From Segatella copri (GTDB lineage Bacteria; Bacillota; Negativicutes; Acidaminococcales; Acidaminococcaceae), in NCBI GenBank assembly GCA_963597755.1, contig CAVBQX010000001.1, positions 40,533 to 104,532 of the forward strand: a stretch of 64,000 nucleotides of DNA. The letters are read 5' to 3'. Below the pieces are notes generated by a model. That model had not been told where the DNA came from. It worked only from the letters and a program-made list of their open reading frames with translations, and searched no databases. The first letter of the stretch is position 1. Every line of letters begins with the position of its first letter. Positions 9,613 through 18,848 of the stretch are shown piece by piece. Made by a program: the position numbers and the translations under genes.

Positions 9613-9703
9613 ACGTTATAGCCTCCTATGCTACACATTTACCCAAACCGCAGGCTTCAGGCTAAAAATATGATTAAGGCTGCCTGCACAGCCACAGTAG
9701 CAA

Positions 9704-10564
9704 TTAATAGGTCAAAATTTCAGGACCGTTTTCAGTAATCAGGATTTGGTGCTCCCATTGCGCTGAAAGGCTGCCATCGTCGGTATATACTGTCCAATTA
9801 TTAGCTGCATCTACGTAAATATCCTTGCGGCCCATATTAATCATCGGCTCAATCGTAAAGATCATGCCGGGTACGAGCACCATGCCGGTTTTACGTTTGC
9901 CCACGTGGCAGACAAAGGGATCCTCGTGGAACTCTATGCCTACGCCATGGCCACCAAATTCTTCTACCACGCTGTAGCCATGCTTATGCGCCAGCTTAGA
10001 CACAGCAGCGCCGATATCACCCAAAAAGGCCCACGGCTGCGCCGCCTCGATGCCACGCAAAAGGCATTGCTTGGTGATGGCCACAAGATCTGCCGCAGGC
10101 TTTGCCACCTTGCCGATCATAAACATGCGCGAAGCATCACCATAATAACCATTATAAATAGTGGAAACATCAACATTAATAATATCACCACTACGCAGTA
10201 CATCGTGTTCACTGGGGATGCCGTGACATACCTGGTCGTTTACAGATGTGCACACACTCTTAGGAAAGCCTTCATAACCGAGCGGTGCGGGAATTGCCCC
10301 CTGCGCTACCGTAAAATCATAAACAATGCGGTCAATATCTGCCGTCGTCATGCCAGCCTTGATGTATTTAGCAACCTCGTCAAGGACAGCAGTGTTAATT
10401 TGGCAGGCCTTGCGGATACCGGCAATCTGCTCAGGTGTTTTAATCATATCACGGTCAGGAACCTCACAGCCCTGTGCCTGTAGTAAAGCCATTTTTTGAT
10501 CATTTGTCATATGGCAGTCTGCATAAGCCCTGCCGCTGCCACACCAGCATAATTCTTGTTCCAA
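9704..10564 (-). CDS. map: Methionine aminopeptidase type I with N-terminal SEC-C motif
   Basis: CWCGSG..Y..CH SEC-C motif; CHGIP, DVS, GHGVG.EFHE, TIEPMI, QWEH. Confidence 0.95.
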   Translation of the reverse strand: MEQELCWCGSGRAYADCHMTNDQKMALLQAQGCEVPDRDMIKTPEQIAGIRKACQINTAVLDEVAKYIKAGMTTADIDRIVYDFTVAQGAIPAPLGYEGFPKSVCTSVNDQVCHGIPSEHDVLRSGDIINVDVSTIYNGYYGDASRMFMIGKVAKPAADLVAITKQCLLRGIEAAQPWAFLGDIGAAVSKLAHKHGYSVVEEFGGHGVGIEFHEDPFVCHVGKRKTGMVLVPGMIFTIEPMINMGRKDIYVDAANNWTVYTDDGSLSAQWEHQILITENGPEILTY

Positions 10565-10740
10565 CTAGAACACTCCTTATCTCAATAAAGTCTATAAATG
10601 CGCCTTGCAACCTCAATATCTTCTATTTTACCACAAGTTTAAGGTAAAAATCACATTTTCTGTCTAAAATTCTATGACAACGTTCGGATTTTTATGTTAA
10701 AATTGTTCTGTATCACTTACGAATTAAGGAAGGAAATTTT

Positions 10741-11391
10741 ATGGAAGCATATGCAATGTATTTTGTCGATTTAATTTTACATCTGGATAAGCATCTGCCG
10801 GAAATTATGGCAGCCTATGGTCATTTGATCTACGCTATCCTTTTTATGGTTGTCTTTTGTGAAACCGGTCTGGTCGTCACCCCGTTTTTGCCTGGCGATT
10901 CACTGCTTTTTGCCTGTGGCGCGCTGGCAGCCACATCTCCCGAAGGTATGGATATCAAAATTATTGTACTGATTTTCCTGGTATCTTCGGTTTTGGGTGA
11001 TGCCTGCAACTATATGATTGGTGAAAAGCTGGGGCTGCACATGATAAACTCCAAGCATGGCTTGATCAAGAAGGAGCACGTTGATAAAGCCAGCGCTTTT
11101 TACGAAAAGCATGGTCATAAGGCTATTTTTTTAGCGCGCTTTGTACCTATCGTGCGCACCTTTGCCCCCTTTGTGGCAGGCATAGGCAAAATGCACTATC
11201 TCACCTTTGCGCACTACAACGTTATCGGTGCCGTTGTCTGGGTGTGCCTCTTTGTCGGCGGTGGGTACTTCTTTGGCAACATCCCCGCCATCAAGCACAA
11301 CTTTACCTTGGTAACTCTTGGTATTATCGTCTTTTCGCTTTTGCCTGTTCTGTACGAATTTATTGGCAAAAAAATTCTTGGGAAAAATTAA
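10741..11391 (+). CDS. DedA/VTT family membrane protein
   Basis: ETGLVVTPFLPGDSLLF and ARFVPIVRTFAPFVAG motifs. Confidence 0.93.
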   Translation: MEAYAMYFVDLILHLDKHLPEIMAAYGHLIYAILFMVVFCETGLVVTPFLPGDSLLFACGALAATSPEGMDIKIIVLIFLVSSVLGDACNYMIGEKLGLHMINSKHGLIKKEHVDKASAFYEKHGHKAIFLARFVPIVRTFAPFVAGIGKMHYLTFAHYNVIGAVVWVCLFVGGGYFFGNIPAIKHNFTLVTLGIIVFSLLPVLYEFIGKKILGKN

Positions 11392-11457
11392 ACTACAACT
11401 CGTAGCTGCTCTTGAAGCAGCCTTTTTATCTAAAACAAATCTTAGGAGGAATAAACT

Positions 11458-12495
11458 ATGACTTATCGTTTTAACAGTGACTATACCGAAGGCTGTCATC
11501 CTGCAGTTTTAGAAAAGCTGGTACAAACCAACATGGAGCAGACTGACGGCTACGGCCTTGACCCCTATTGCGACGAAGCACGCACGCTCATCAAGGAATA
11601 TTTTTCCTGTCCCAAGGCTGATGTGCACTTTTTGGTAGGCGGGACGCAGACTAATCTTACCGTTATCTGCGCCGCCCTGCGCCCGCACCAGGCTGTATAT
11701 GGCGCCGTCCCCAGCCACATCAACACTCACGAAGCAGGTGCTATCGAGCATGTCGGTCACCGCGTCCTGCCGCTTGCCAGCGATGACGGCAAACTTACCG
11801 CCGAGCAGATCCGTAGGGAATGGAAGCTGTACGACACCGACCCCAGCCGCGAGCACTGGGCGCAGCCCAAAATGGTTTATATTTCCCAGCCTACAGAAAT
11901 TGGCAGCATGTACAGCAAAAAAGAGCTGCAGGACCTGTACGCTGCCTGCCGTGACTGCGGCCTGTACCTTTTTGTAGACGGTGCGCGCTTAGGCTACGTT
12001 TTAGGCGCACCGGATAACGATATGACGGCTGCCGACCTGGCAGCCAACTGCGATGTATTTTACATCGGTGGCACCAAATGCGGCCTGCTCTTTGGCGAAG
12101 CCGTCGTTATCACCAATGACGCACTCAAGCCTGACTTCCGCACTATTGCCAAGCAGTGCGGTTCTATCATGGCCAAGGGGCGCCTCTTAGGCGTACAGTT
12201 CGGCACCATCATGAAGGATGACCTATATGCCAAAATCTGCGGCAAAGGCACTATGCAGGCACTCAAAATCCGTGATGCGCTTTTAGCCAAGGGCTTTAAA
12301 TTTGTCACCGATTCACCCACTAACCAGCAATTTGTGATTATGACACCGGCGCAATTTGCTAAGCTCAGCGAGGAATTTGTCCTCAGTCACATTGCTTATC
12401 TGCCTGACGGCAATTACAGCGTGCGCATCTGCACCAGCTGGGCCACCAAGGATGAAGAGGTTGACCGTCTCATCGCTATGATAGATACATTATAA
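11458..12495 (+). CDS. ltaE: Low-specificity L-threonine aldolase (PLP-dependent)
   Basis: SDY, GGTQTN, HEAGA, DGARL, GGTKCG (PLP lysine). Confidence 0.85.
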   Translation: MTYRFNSDYTEGCHPAVLEKLVQTNMEQTDGYGLDPYCDEARTLIKEYFSCPKADVHFLVGGTQTNLTVICAALRPHQAVYGAVPSHINTHEAGAIEHVGHRVLPLASDDGKLTAEQIRREWKLYDTDPSREHWAQPKMVYISQPTEIGSMYSKKELQDLYAACRDCGLYLFVDGARLGYVLGAPDNDMTAADLAANCDVFYIGGTKCGLLFGEAVVITNDALKPDFRTIAKQCGSIMAKGRLLGVQFGTIMKDDLYAKICGKGTMQALKIRDALLAKGFKFVTDSPTNQQFVIMTPAQFAKLSEEFVLSHIAYLPDGNYSVRICTSWATKDEEVDRLIAMIDTL

Positions 12496-12499
12496 AAAC

Positions 12500-12554
12500 A
12501 AAAAAGAATTGGCACTAACTTCAGCAGAACGAAGGCAGTGCCAATTTTCTTTTT
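12500..12554. terminator. Bidirectional terminator between convergent genes
   Basis: AATTGGCACT/AGTGCCAATT stem flanked by A- and T-tracts. Confidence 0.7.
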
Positions 12555-12555
12555 G

Positions 12556-13770
12556 CTATTTATCTCCCCATTCACTAAGTCTTGCCTTTACCCTGTTGAG
12601 ACGCTCCTCGTAATCAGCGCAATAATCTGCGCCACCCTGGGCAAAATCACTCTTGCCGCCGCCGCGGCCGTTCAGCTCCTCGTTAAATATCTTGATCACC
12701 GTGCGGCAGTCAGCAGCAGCACCTGCACCCAACACTACAGCGTAAGCAATGCGTTCCTTTGTTATGCCAATCAGCAGTGTCTGTGTTCCCTCAAGCTCTG
12801 CCACAACTGGCACCAAACGCTTTATGTCCCTGGCATCGTAACCGACAAACTCCATATCTAACAACTTTACGCCATTTTTACAAGGCACTGTCTTATTATA
12901 AATATCCTTTATCACTATCTTTTCCAGGTCAAGCAGCTTGCCCTGCAGCTCCTGCGACTCGGCCTGTGCATCTGTCTTAATTTTAGCTACAGCACCCGGC
13001 ACCTGCTCCGGCTTTACCGAAAGACTTGCTGCCACTCCCAAAAGCGTGCTGTTTTTGGCATCAGCATCAGCCAATGCCCTACGCCCGCAGACAAACTCCA
13101 CGCGGCAGCCTCCCTTATGCTTTTCGTGACGGATAACCTTAACACTACCCAGCATACCTGTAAAGGGCGGATGCGTGCCGCAACAGGTACAGATATCAGC
13201 ATTCTCTACCGAAACTATACGTAGCGTTCCCGTTAATTTGCTATTGAATTTGCGCATCTTATCCTTTAGCAGTGCAGCCTCACTGCTATCCATGTAATTA
13301 ATATGTACAGGACGGTTATCCCAGATGATTTCATTAGTATATAGCTCGGCCGCTAAAAGCTCCTCCTCTGTAAGCTCCTTATCTAAATCAATAAAGACAT
13401 TATCCTCATTCATATGAAAGCCTACGTTATTCGCCTGGTAAAGCTTCCAGCAGGCATACGACAAAAGATGCTCGCCCAAATGCTGCTGCATCCTGTCCAA
13501 ACGCACAGGCCAATCCAATGCAGCCTCCACTTTCTGTCCCACCGCCAGCGGCCTGTCACACTCATGATAAATATGGCCGTCCTTTTCGCTCACATGGCTG
13601 ACAAGCGCCTCTCCAAGCCTGCCCTTATCACTCAGCTGACCACCGCCCTCCGGGAAGAACACTGTCTGATCCAGCTCGACTAGATACTTACCCTTAGCTT
13701 CCGTGCAGGCTGTAACCACGGCAGTACATTTTTTGAGCAATGAATTATTTTCAAAAAGCTTAATCGTCAT
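12556..13770 (-). CDS. Free-standing alanyl-tRNA editing protein (AlaX-L type, DHHA1 C-terminus)
   Basis: TVFFPEGGGQ, QHLGEH (HxxxH), CCGTH, GRGGGKSDFAQGG; no aminoacylation domain. Confidence 0.88.
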   Translation of the reverse strand: MTIKLFENNSLLKKCTAVVTACTEAKGKYLVELDQTVFFPEGGGQLSDKGRLGEALVSHVSEKDGHIYHECDRPLAVGQKVEAALDWPVRLDRMQQHLGEHLLSYACWKLYQANNVGFHMNEDNVFIDLDKELTEEELLAAELYTNEIIWDNRPVHINYMDSSEAALLKDKMRKFNSKLTGTLRIVSVENADICTCCGTHPPFTGMLGSVKVIRHEKHKGGCRVEFVCGRRALADADAKNSTLLGVAASLSVKPEQVPGAVAKIKTDAQAESQELQGKLLDLEKIVIKDIYNKTVPCKNGVKLLDMEFVGYDARDIKRLVPVVAELEGTQTLLIGITKERIAYAVVLGAGAAADCRTVIKIFNEELNGRGGGKSDFAQGGADYCADYEERLNRVKARLSEWGDK

Positions 13771-13902
13771 TTTTATTTCCCCCTCAGCTAAAGTGTCAAC
13801 TGTTCACTATGGTGATTATTGTATCACCAATTTTATAAAATGTGTTATAATTAAACGAGGAATGGGCAAAAAAATCAATTTTACTACTACAAGGAGTAAT
13901 AA

Positions 13903-14562
13903 ATGTTTCAAAATTTACTTTTTGACTTAGACGGAACGCTCACCAATTCTGCCGAAGGCATCACCAAATGCGTGCAATATGCACTGGCAGCGCAGGGGAT
14001 AGCCGCACCCGATCTAAAAAAGTTGGAGGTTTTTATCGGTCCACCGCTACGCAATAGCTTTATGAAATATTATGGTATGACCGAAGCAGAAGCAGAGACA
14101 GGTGTCGCCAAATACCGTGAGCGTTATACGGATATCGGCATTTGGGAAAACAGTGTCTATCCCGGCATGATGGAGCTTTTAGCGCAGCTAAAGGCAGACG
14201 GCCGCCGCCTGGGGATGGCCACTGCCAAACCTGAGGTTTTTGCATTGCGTATTGCACAACGCTTTGGGTTTGAGCAATATCTCGAGGACATTACAGGCTG
14301 CAGTCTGGACGGAAGCATGGATAAAAAATCCATGGTAGTAGCTGCTGCCCTGCAAAAATGGCAGCTTGCGACAAACGCGCAAAAAGCTGTCTGCGCACTT
14401 ATCGGTGACAGACGCGAAGATGTACTGGCAGCGCACGCTAACGGTATTCCCTGCATCGGCGTCGGCTTCGGCTTTGGTAGCTATGATGAGCTGAGCAAGG
14501 CAGGAGCAGATTATTACGTGCGTGACGTGGCAGAGCTTACCAAGCTGCTGACACAGGCATAA
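13903..14562 (+). CDS. HAD-family hydrolase (phosphoglycolate phosphatase/5'-nucleotidase-like)
   Basis: FDLDGTL motif I, ATAKP, IGDR..D. Confidence 0.9.
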   Translation: MFQNLLFDLDGTLTNSAEGITKCVQYALAAQGIAAPDLKKLEVFIGPPLRNSFMKYYGMTEAEAETGVAKYRERYTDIGIWENSVYPGMMELLAQLKADGRRLGMATAKPEVFALRIAQRFGFEQYLEDITGCSLDGSMDKKSMVVAAALQKWQLATNAQKAVCALIGDRREDVLAAHANGIPCIGVGFGFGSYDELSKAGADYYVRDVAELTKLLTQA

Positions 14563-14586
14563 CAATGTATATTGGCAGGTGATAGT

Positions 14587-15279
14587 ATGCATATTTACGC
14601 GATTGGCGACCTGCATTTATCCGGAGAACCTCCTACTAAACCCATGGAGGTTTTCGGCTTACATTGGCAGGGACACAAGCAAAAAATTGCCAATTATTGG
14701 CAACAGCAGGTGACGGATTGTGATGCCGTTATCATCTGCGGTGATATCTCCTGGGCCATGAGCCTTGAGGCGGCAGCGCAGGATTTAGACTGGCTGGCTG
14801 CCTTGCCCGGCCGCAAGCTATTGCTGCGCGGCAACCATGATTATTGGTGGACAAGCCTGAAAAAAATGCAGCAGCGCTATGGTGCAAGCTTTGAATTTTT
14901 ACAAAATGACTGCGTTATGCTAGATGATATTGCTGTCTGCGGCACACGCGGTTGGATTCTGCCTTCTGCCGAAGGCTTTAGTGAGGAGGATGCCAAAATC
15001 TATAAACGTGAAGGCATACGACTTGAGTTATCACTTAAGCAGGCACGTGCGAACCATCCGCAGCAGATTATTACAGCGTTGCACTATCCGCCGCTTTTTT
15101 CGCGCACCGAGCACACCTGCTTTACCAATCTAATGCACCAATACAGCGTCAGCCACTGCGTTTACGGTCACATCCACGGCGAAAATCACGTCACCGTTTT
15201 TGAAGGAATGCGTGATGGCATCAGCTACAAGCTCGTGTCCTGCGATACGCAGGGCTTTGCCTTACACAAAATCATATAG
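14587..15279 (+). CDS. Calcineurin-like metallophosphoesterase
   Basis: DLH, GD, GNHD, HYPP, GHIH motifs; start placed at the ATG after an AGGTGA RBS. Confidence 0.88.
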   Translation: MHIYAIGDLHLSGEPPTKPMEVFGLHWQGHKQKIANYWQQQVTDCDAVIICGDISWAMSLEAAAQDLDWLAALPGRKLLLRGNHDYWWTSLKKMQQRYGASFEFLQNDCVMLDDIAVCGTRGWILPSAEGFSEEDAKIYKREGIRLELSLKQARANHPQQIITALHYPPLFSRTEHTCFTNLMHQYSVSHCVYGHIHGENHVTVFEGMRDGISYKLVSCDTQGFALHKII

Positions 15280-15282
15280 CTA

Positions 15283-15322
15283 AACAGCCGCTATGCTACG
15301 AGGTATAGCGGCTGTTCTTATT
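15283..15322 (+). terminator. Intrinsic terminator
   Basis: 12-bp stem AACAGCCGCTAT/ATAGCGGCTGTT. Confidence 0.6.
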
Positions 15323-15327
15323 ACAAC

Positions 15328-15382
15328 AAAAAGAGCTAGCGCACTACGACCACACCACAAGTTAGTAACGCTAGCTCTTTTT
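15328..15382. terminator. Bidirectional terminator
   Basis: AAAAAGAGCTAGCG/CGCTAGCTCTTTTT inverted repeat between convergent genes. Confidence 0.65.
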
Positions 15383-15413
15383 CACTTCTTTTCTCCTGGA
15401 AAACAGAAGTCTC

Positions 15414-15716
15414 TCAACCCTTCTGTTTTAACAATTTAACGATCTGCAAAACCTCTTCCAGGCTGATATCTTTATCTTTTGTTTCAGCCTGTTCATCTAA
15501 ATCTACAAAGAAGCTGCTCATATCGCACTGCAACAAGCTATGCAGCTTTAACAAGTTCGGCAGAGTTACAGGTACACGGCCGCATTCAATATTACACAGG
15601 TGCGTCTGTGAAATGCCCATTTCCTTTGCCAGACCAGTCTGGGTAAGATTTTTTGCAGTACGCAGCAAACGGATTCTGCGTCCAATAAGCTTGATTTCCT
15701 CTTGCAATTTCAGCAC
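15414..15716 (-). CDS. XRE/Cro-family HTH transcriptional regulator
   Basis: IGRRIRLLR..LTQ..LA..GISQTHLCNIE.G HTH pattern. Confidence 0.88.
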   Translation of the reverse strand: MLKLQEEIKLIGRRIRLLRTAKNLTQTGLAKEMGISQTHLCNIECGRVPVTLPNLLKLHSLLQCDMSSFFVDLDEQAETKDKDISLEEVLQIVKLLKQKG

Positions 15717-15944
15717 CGCCTTTCAGTTAATTTGCAATAAATTATTTTAAACTAATAAAGCACTTATTTAAAGTTTACCACGTTTTTCAGATTTAGCAAG
15801 AGTTTTCTTGTATATTTTATTGGTTTTTATCTATATTTTAGTCATGACTAGACTAAATTTCACATTAAACGCTAATATCTTTTTAAACTCCACTTTTGTA
15901 TTACATATACGTACACACTTGTTTTATGTAAAGATAATTTTACA

Positions 15945-16739
15945 TTACCCCAGGAGTAATCTGTCACTAACCATTTCACTGCCACTAGCCTTTTCAAACA
16001 TATCCAGTAAATCAGCAATTTCCAGATGCTGCTTTTCCTCTCCCTGTACGTCAATAATCACGCGGCCGTTGTGCAGCATAATCAGCCTGTTTCCATAACG
16101 CAAAGCGTCGCGCATGTTATGCGTTATCATTAACGTTGTCAGCTTATCCCGCGTTACGATTTTTTCCGTCAGCGCCAACACCTTCGCTGCCGTCTTAGGA
16201 TCTAACGCCGCTGTATGCTCGTCCAAAAGCAAAAGCTTTGGCTTCTTCAGCGTTGCCATCAAAAGCGTCAATGCCTGACGCTGACCGCCGCTCAACAGTC
16301 CTACCTTCGCCGTCATCCGCTCCTCCAAGCCCAAATCCAGCTCCTTTAACAGCTCATAAAAGCGTTCATGCTGTTCCTGCTGAAGGCTCCAGCCTAAACC
16401 TGGTGTTTCGCCACGACGGGCTGCCAAGGCCAGATTTTCTTCAATCATCATACCTGACGCAGTCCCCAGCATAGGATCCTGAAAAACACGGCCAATATAC
16501 TTCGCCCGCTTATGCTCCGGCTTCTTGCTTATATCCTCGCCATCTATAATTATTTTGCCTCCATCAACAGGAAAAACACCGGCTATGGCATTCAAGGTTG
16601 TTGACTTGCCGGCTCCGTTACCACCAATCACAGTCGCAAAATCCCCTGGTGCCAAATGCAGCGATAAATCCTGCAGCGCTTTTTTTTCGTTAATCGTCCC
16701 CGGGAAAAATGTTTTAGACACATGCTCTATATAAAGCAT
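15945..16739 (-). CDS. ABC transporter ATP-binding protein
   Basis: Walker A GGNGAGKST, LSGGQRQ, LLLDEHTAALDP. Confidence 0.95.
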   Translation of the reverse strand: MLYIEHVSKTFFPGTINEKKALQDLSLHLAPGDFATVIGGNGAGKSTTLNAIAGVFPVDGGKIIIDGEDISKKPEHKRAKYIGRVFQDPMLGTASGMMIEENLALAARRGETPGLGWSLQQEQHERFYELLKELDLGLEERMTAKVGLLSGGQRQALTLLMATLKKPKLLLLDEHTAALDPKTAAKVLALTEKIVTRDKLTTLMITHNMRDALRYGNRLIMLHNGRVIIDVQGEEKQHLEIADLLDMFEKASGSEMVSDRLLLG

Positions 16740-17624
16740 TTAACGCACCGCCTTTCTTACACCCAACTTGCTTTTTATAAGCGGCATCGAAAGCGCAATT
16801 GCCACCAGCACCGAAGTAAAGAGCTTTAAATCGTTGGGCGGCATTCCCATTGCCAAAACAGCTGCAATAACGATGCGATAAACTATAGAACCCAAAACTA
16901 CAGAAATCAGGCAGTTTTTAAAGCTGCGCGTTCCAAAGAGCACCTCGCCGATGATAACAGACGCCAGGCCGATAACGATAGTGCCTGTGCCCATGCCTAC
17001 ATCCGAAAAACCGTTGGACTGTGCCACCAAAGCACCCGAAACTGCAACCAGCCCGTTGCTCAGCAACAGTCCCAAAATAATCGTGACATCAGTATCAACG
17101 CCCTGAGCGCGGATCATCTGCTGGTTAAAGCCTGTAGCGCGGATAGCAGAACCAATCTGCGTACCAAAAAACCAATACAAAAACACACCAACCACGATAG
17201 TAACCACTAAACCAACAATCAAAGTGGTTTGTGCCATGGTCAAATCCAGCAGGGATTTTGCCAGCTTAAAGGTGGTATCCACGCCAAGGAGCGACAAATT
17301 CGCCTTACCCATAATCCGCAGATTGACCGAATACAAAGCTATCATTGTCAAAATGCCTGCCAAAAGCGCCGGTATCTTCATTTTCGTATGCAAAACACCC
17401 GTAATAACCCCGGCCAGCATACCGGCAATACAGGCACCAAGCAGTGCGGCTACAGGCCCGAATCCTGCCACCATCATAGATGCTGCTGTTGCCGCGCCCA
17501 GCGGAAAGCTGCCTTCTACCGTCAAATCCGCAATATCCAGTACACGAAAGGTTACATAAACCCCCAGCGCCATCAATGCCCACAACAGCCCTTGTGCCAC
17601 CGTTGGAATCAATAAACTAATCAT
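16740..17624 (-). CDS. ABC transporter permease
   Basis: DLTVEGSFPLG and LAGILTMIALYS motifs; many TM segments; start at the ATG after GGAGG. Confidence 0.9.
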   Translation of the reverse strand: MISLLIPTVAQGLLWALMALGVYVTFRVLDIADLTVEGSFPLGAATAASMMVAGFGPVAALLGACIAGMLAGVITGVLHTKMKIPALLAGILTMIALYSVNLRIMGKANLSLLGVDTTFKLAKSLLDLTMAQTTLIVGLVVTIVVGVFLYWFFGTQIGSAIRATGFNQQMIRAQGVDTDVTIILGLLLSNGLVAVSGALVAQSNGFSDVGMGTGTIVIGLASVIIGEVLFGTRSFKNCLISVVLGSIVYRIVIAAVLAMGMPPNDLKLFTSVLVAIALSMPLIKSKLGVRKAVR

Positions 17625-17690
17625 ATCCCTAATCCTCCACAACTATTTGTCAAAAAAGAGCCCGCTGTCTGCAGCAGGCTCCAAGCTAAA

Positions 17691-18707
17691 TTATTTAATA
17701 ATTTCTGCACCCTTCAGTACATCATCGTTAACCTTCAGGCCAATTTTTTCTGCTTCTTTCAGATTAATAACAGGCTTGAATTCCTTTTGTGCCTGGATAG
17801 CCATATCTGCAGGCTTAGACTTGCCACTCAAAATATCTGCAGCCATCTCGCCGGTCTGGAAGCCCAGCTTATAGTAATCAACACCCAATGTGGCTAGGCC
17901 CCCGGCACGAACCATGCCACCCTCGCCACAGATAACAGGCAGCTTAGCTTCCTCTGTTACGCTTATCAGCGTCGGAATAGCAGATGCCAGAACATTATCA
18001 GTGGGAACGTAAACAGCCTGCACGTCGCCTACAAGACTGCGCGCTGCCTGCTGGATATCATTAACTGTAGAAACAGTCGCTTCCTTAACAGTAACCCCCT
18101 TAGCCGCAGCAGCCTTCTTCAACAGCTCTACCTGCAGCTGGGAATTAACCTCGCTCGAACAGTAAATGGTACCTATAGTCTTAGCATTCGGAACCAGCTT
18201 CAGGAGCAGGTCCAGCTGCTCTGCTACAGGATTCATATCCGTAGTACCGGTAACATTAGTACCTGGCTTGGAATCATCCTTAACCAGCTTAGCAGTCTTA
18301 TAATCTGTTACGGCAGTCGCTACGATAGGAATGTCGCTCGTAACGTTAGCTACAGTCTGTGCAGCCGGAGTAGCAATCGCACAAATCAGGTTCACCTTAT
18401 TGTTTACAAAGCGGTGCGCAATATTTTGCAGATTAGACTGGTCAGCCTGTGCGTTTTGCCTGTCATAAGCAATATTTTCGCCTTCCTTATAGCCCTTGGA
18501 GGCGAGACCATCTACAAAGCCTTTGTTGGCTGCATCTAATGCTTCGTGTTCAACCAGCTGCACAATACCCACGTTAACCTTTTCGGCCTTTTTACCTGCA
18601 TCCTTTTGTCCGTCGCCGCAGCCTGCTGCTCCCAATGCTAAGGTCAGCATTAATGCCGCCGCCAATGCTTTAAATTTGCTCTTTCTTAGCAATATCATTT
18701 TTACCAT
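17691..18707 (-). CDS. ABC transporter substrate-binding lipoprotein (aromatic amino acid-binding family)
   Basis: Lipobox AAGC; QLVEHEALD, IATPAAQ, PTDN motifs. Confidence 0.88.
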   Translation of the reverse strand: MVKMILLRKSKFKALAAALMLTLALGAAGCGDGQKDAGKKAEKVNVGIVQLVEHEALDAANKGFVDGLASKGYKEGENIAYDRQNAQADQSNLQNIAHRFVNNKVNLICAIATPAAQTVANVTSDIPIVATAVTDYKTAKLVKDDSKPGTNVTGTTDMNPVAEQLDLLLKLVPNAKTIGTIYCSSEVNSQLQVELLKKAAAAKGVTVKEATVSTVNDIQQAARSLVGDVQAVYVPTDNVLASAIPTLISVTEEAKLPVICGEGGMVRAGGLATLGVDYYKLGFQTGEMAADILSGKSKPADMAIQAQKEFKPVINLKEAEKIGLKVNDDVLKGAEIIK

Positions 18708-18746
18708 CCTTCCATGCTACATGTTTACATAATTGTAGTCAGCATA

Positions 18747-18775
18747 ATTTTATGTTGTAAAAAGTAATTTGTAAA
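18747..18775 (-). promoter_or_regulatory. sigmaA-type promoter for the ABC operon
   Basis: TTTACA-17 bp-TAAAAT. Confidence 0.5.
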
Positions 18776-18848
18776 TAATTTTTTAATAATTTTCTATTTT
18801 CCCTGTTTTGTATGTCGCTGACTGTACCAAAAGTTACACAAGTTATAA

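Noticed and set aside
9613..9703. Purine riboswitch before the permease
   Set aside because: The conserved aptamer core (TATAAT...GTTTCTAC...CCGTAAA) is absent.
11458..13770. Functional link between threonine aldolase and the AlaX editing protein
   Set aside because: The genes are convergent with a terminator between them; adjacency alone is not evidence.
15808..16098. Small ORFs in the AT-rich region upstream of the XRE gene
   Set aside because: No RBS, low-complexity translation, and overlap with the ABC ATPase gene.
18708..18848. T-box leader for the amino-acid ABC importer
   Set aside because: The region is too short and lacks the GGTGGNACC T-box sequence.
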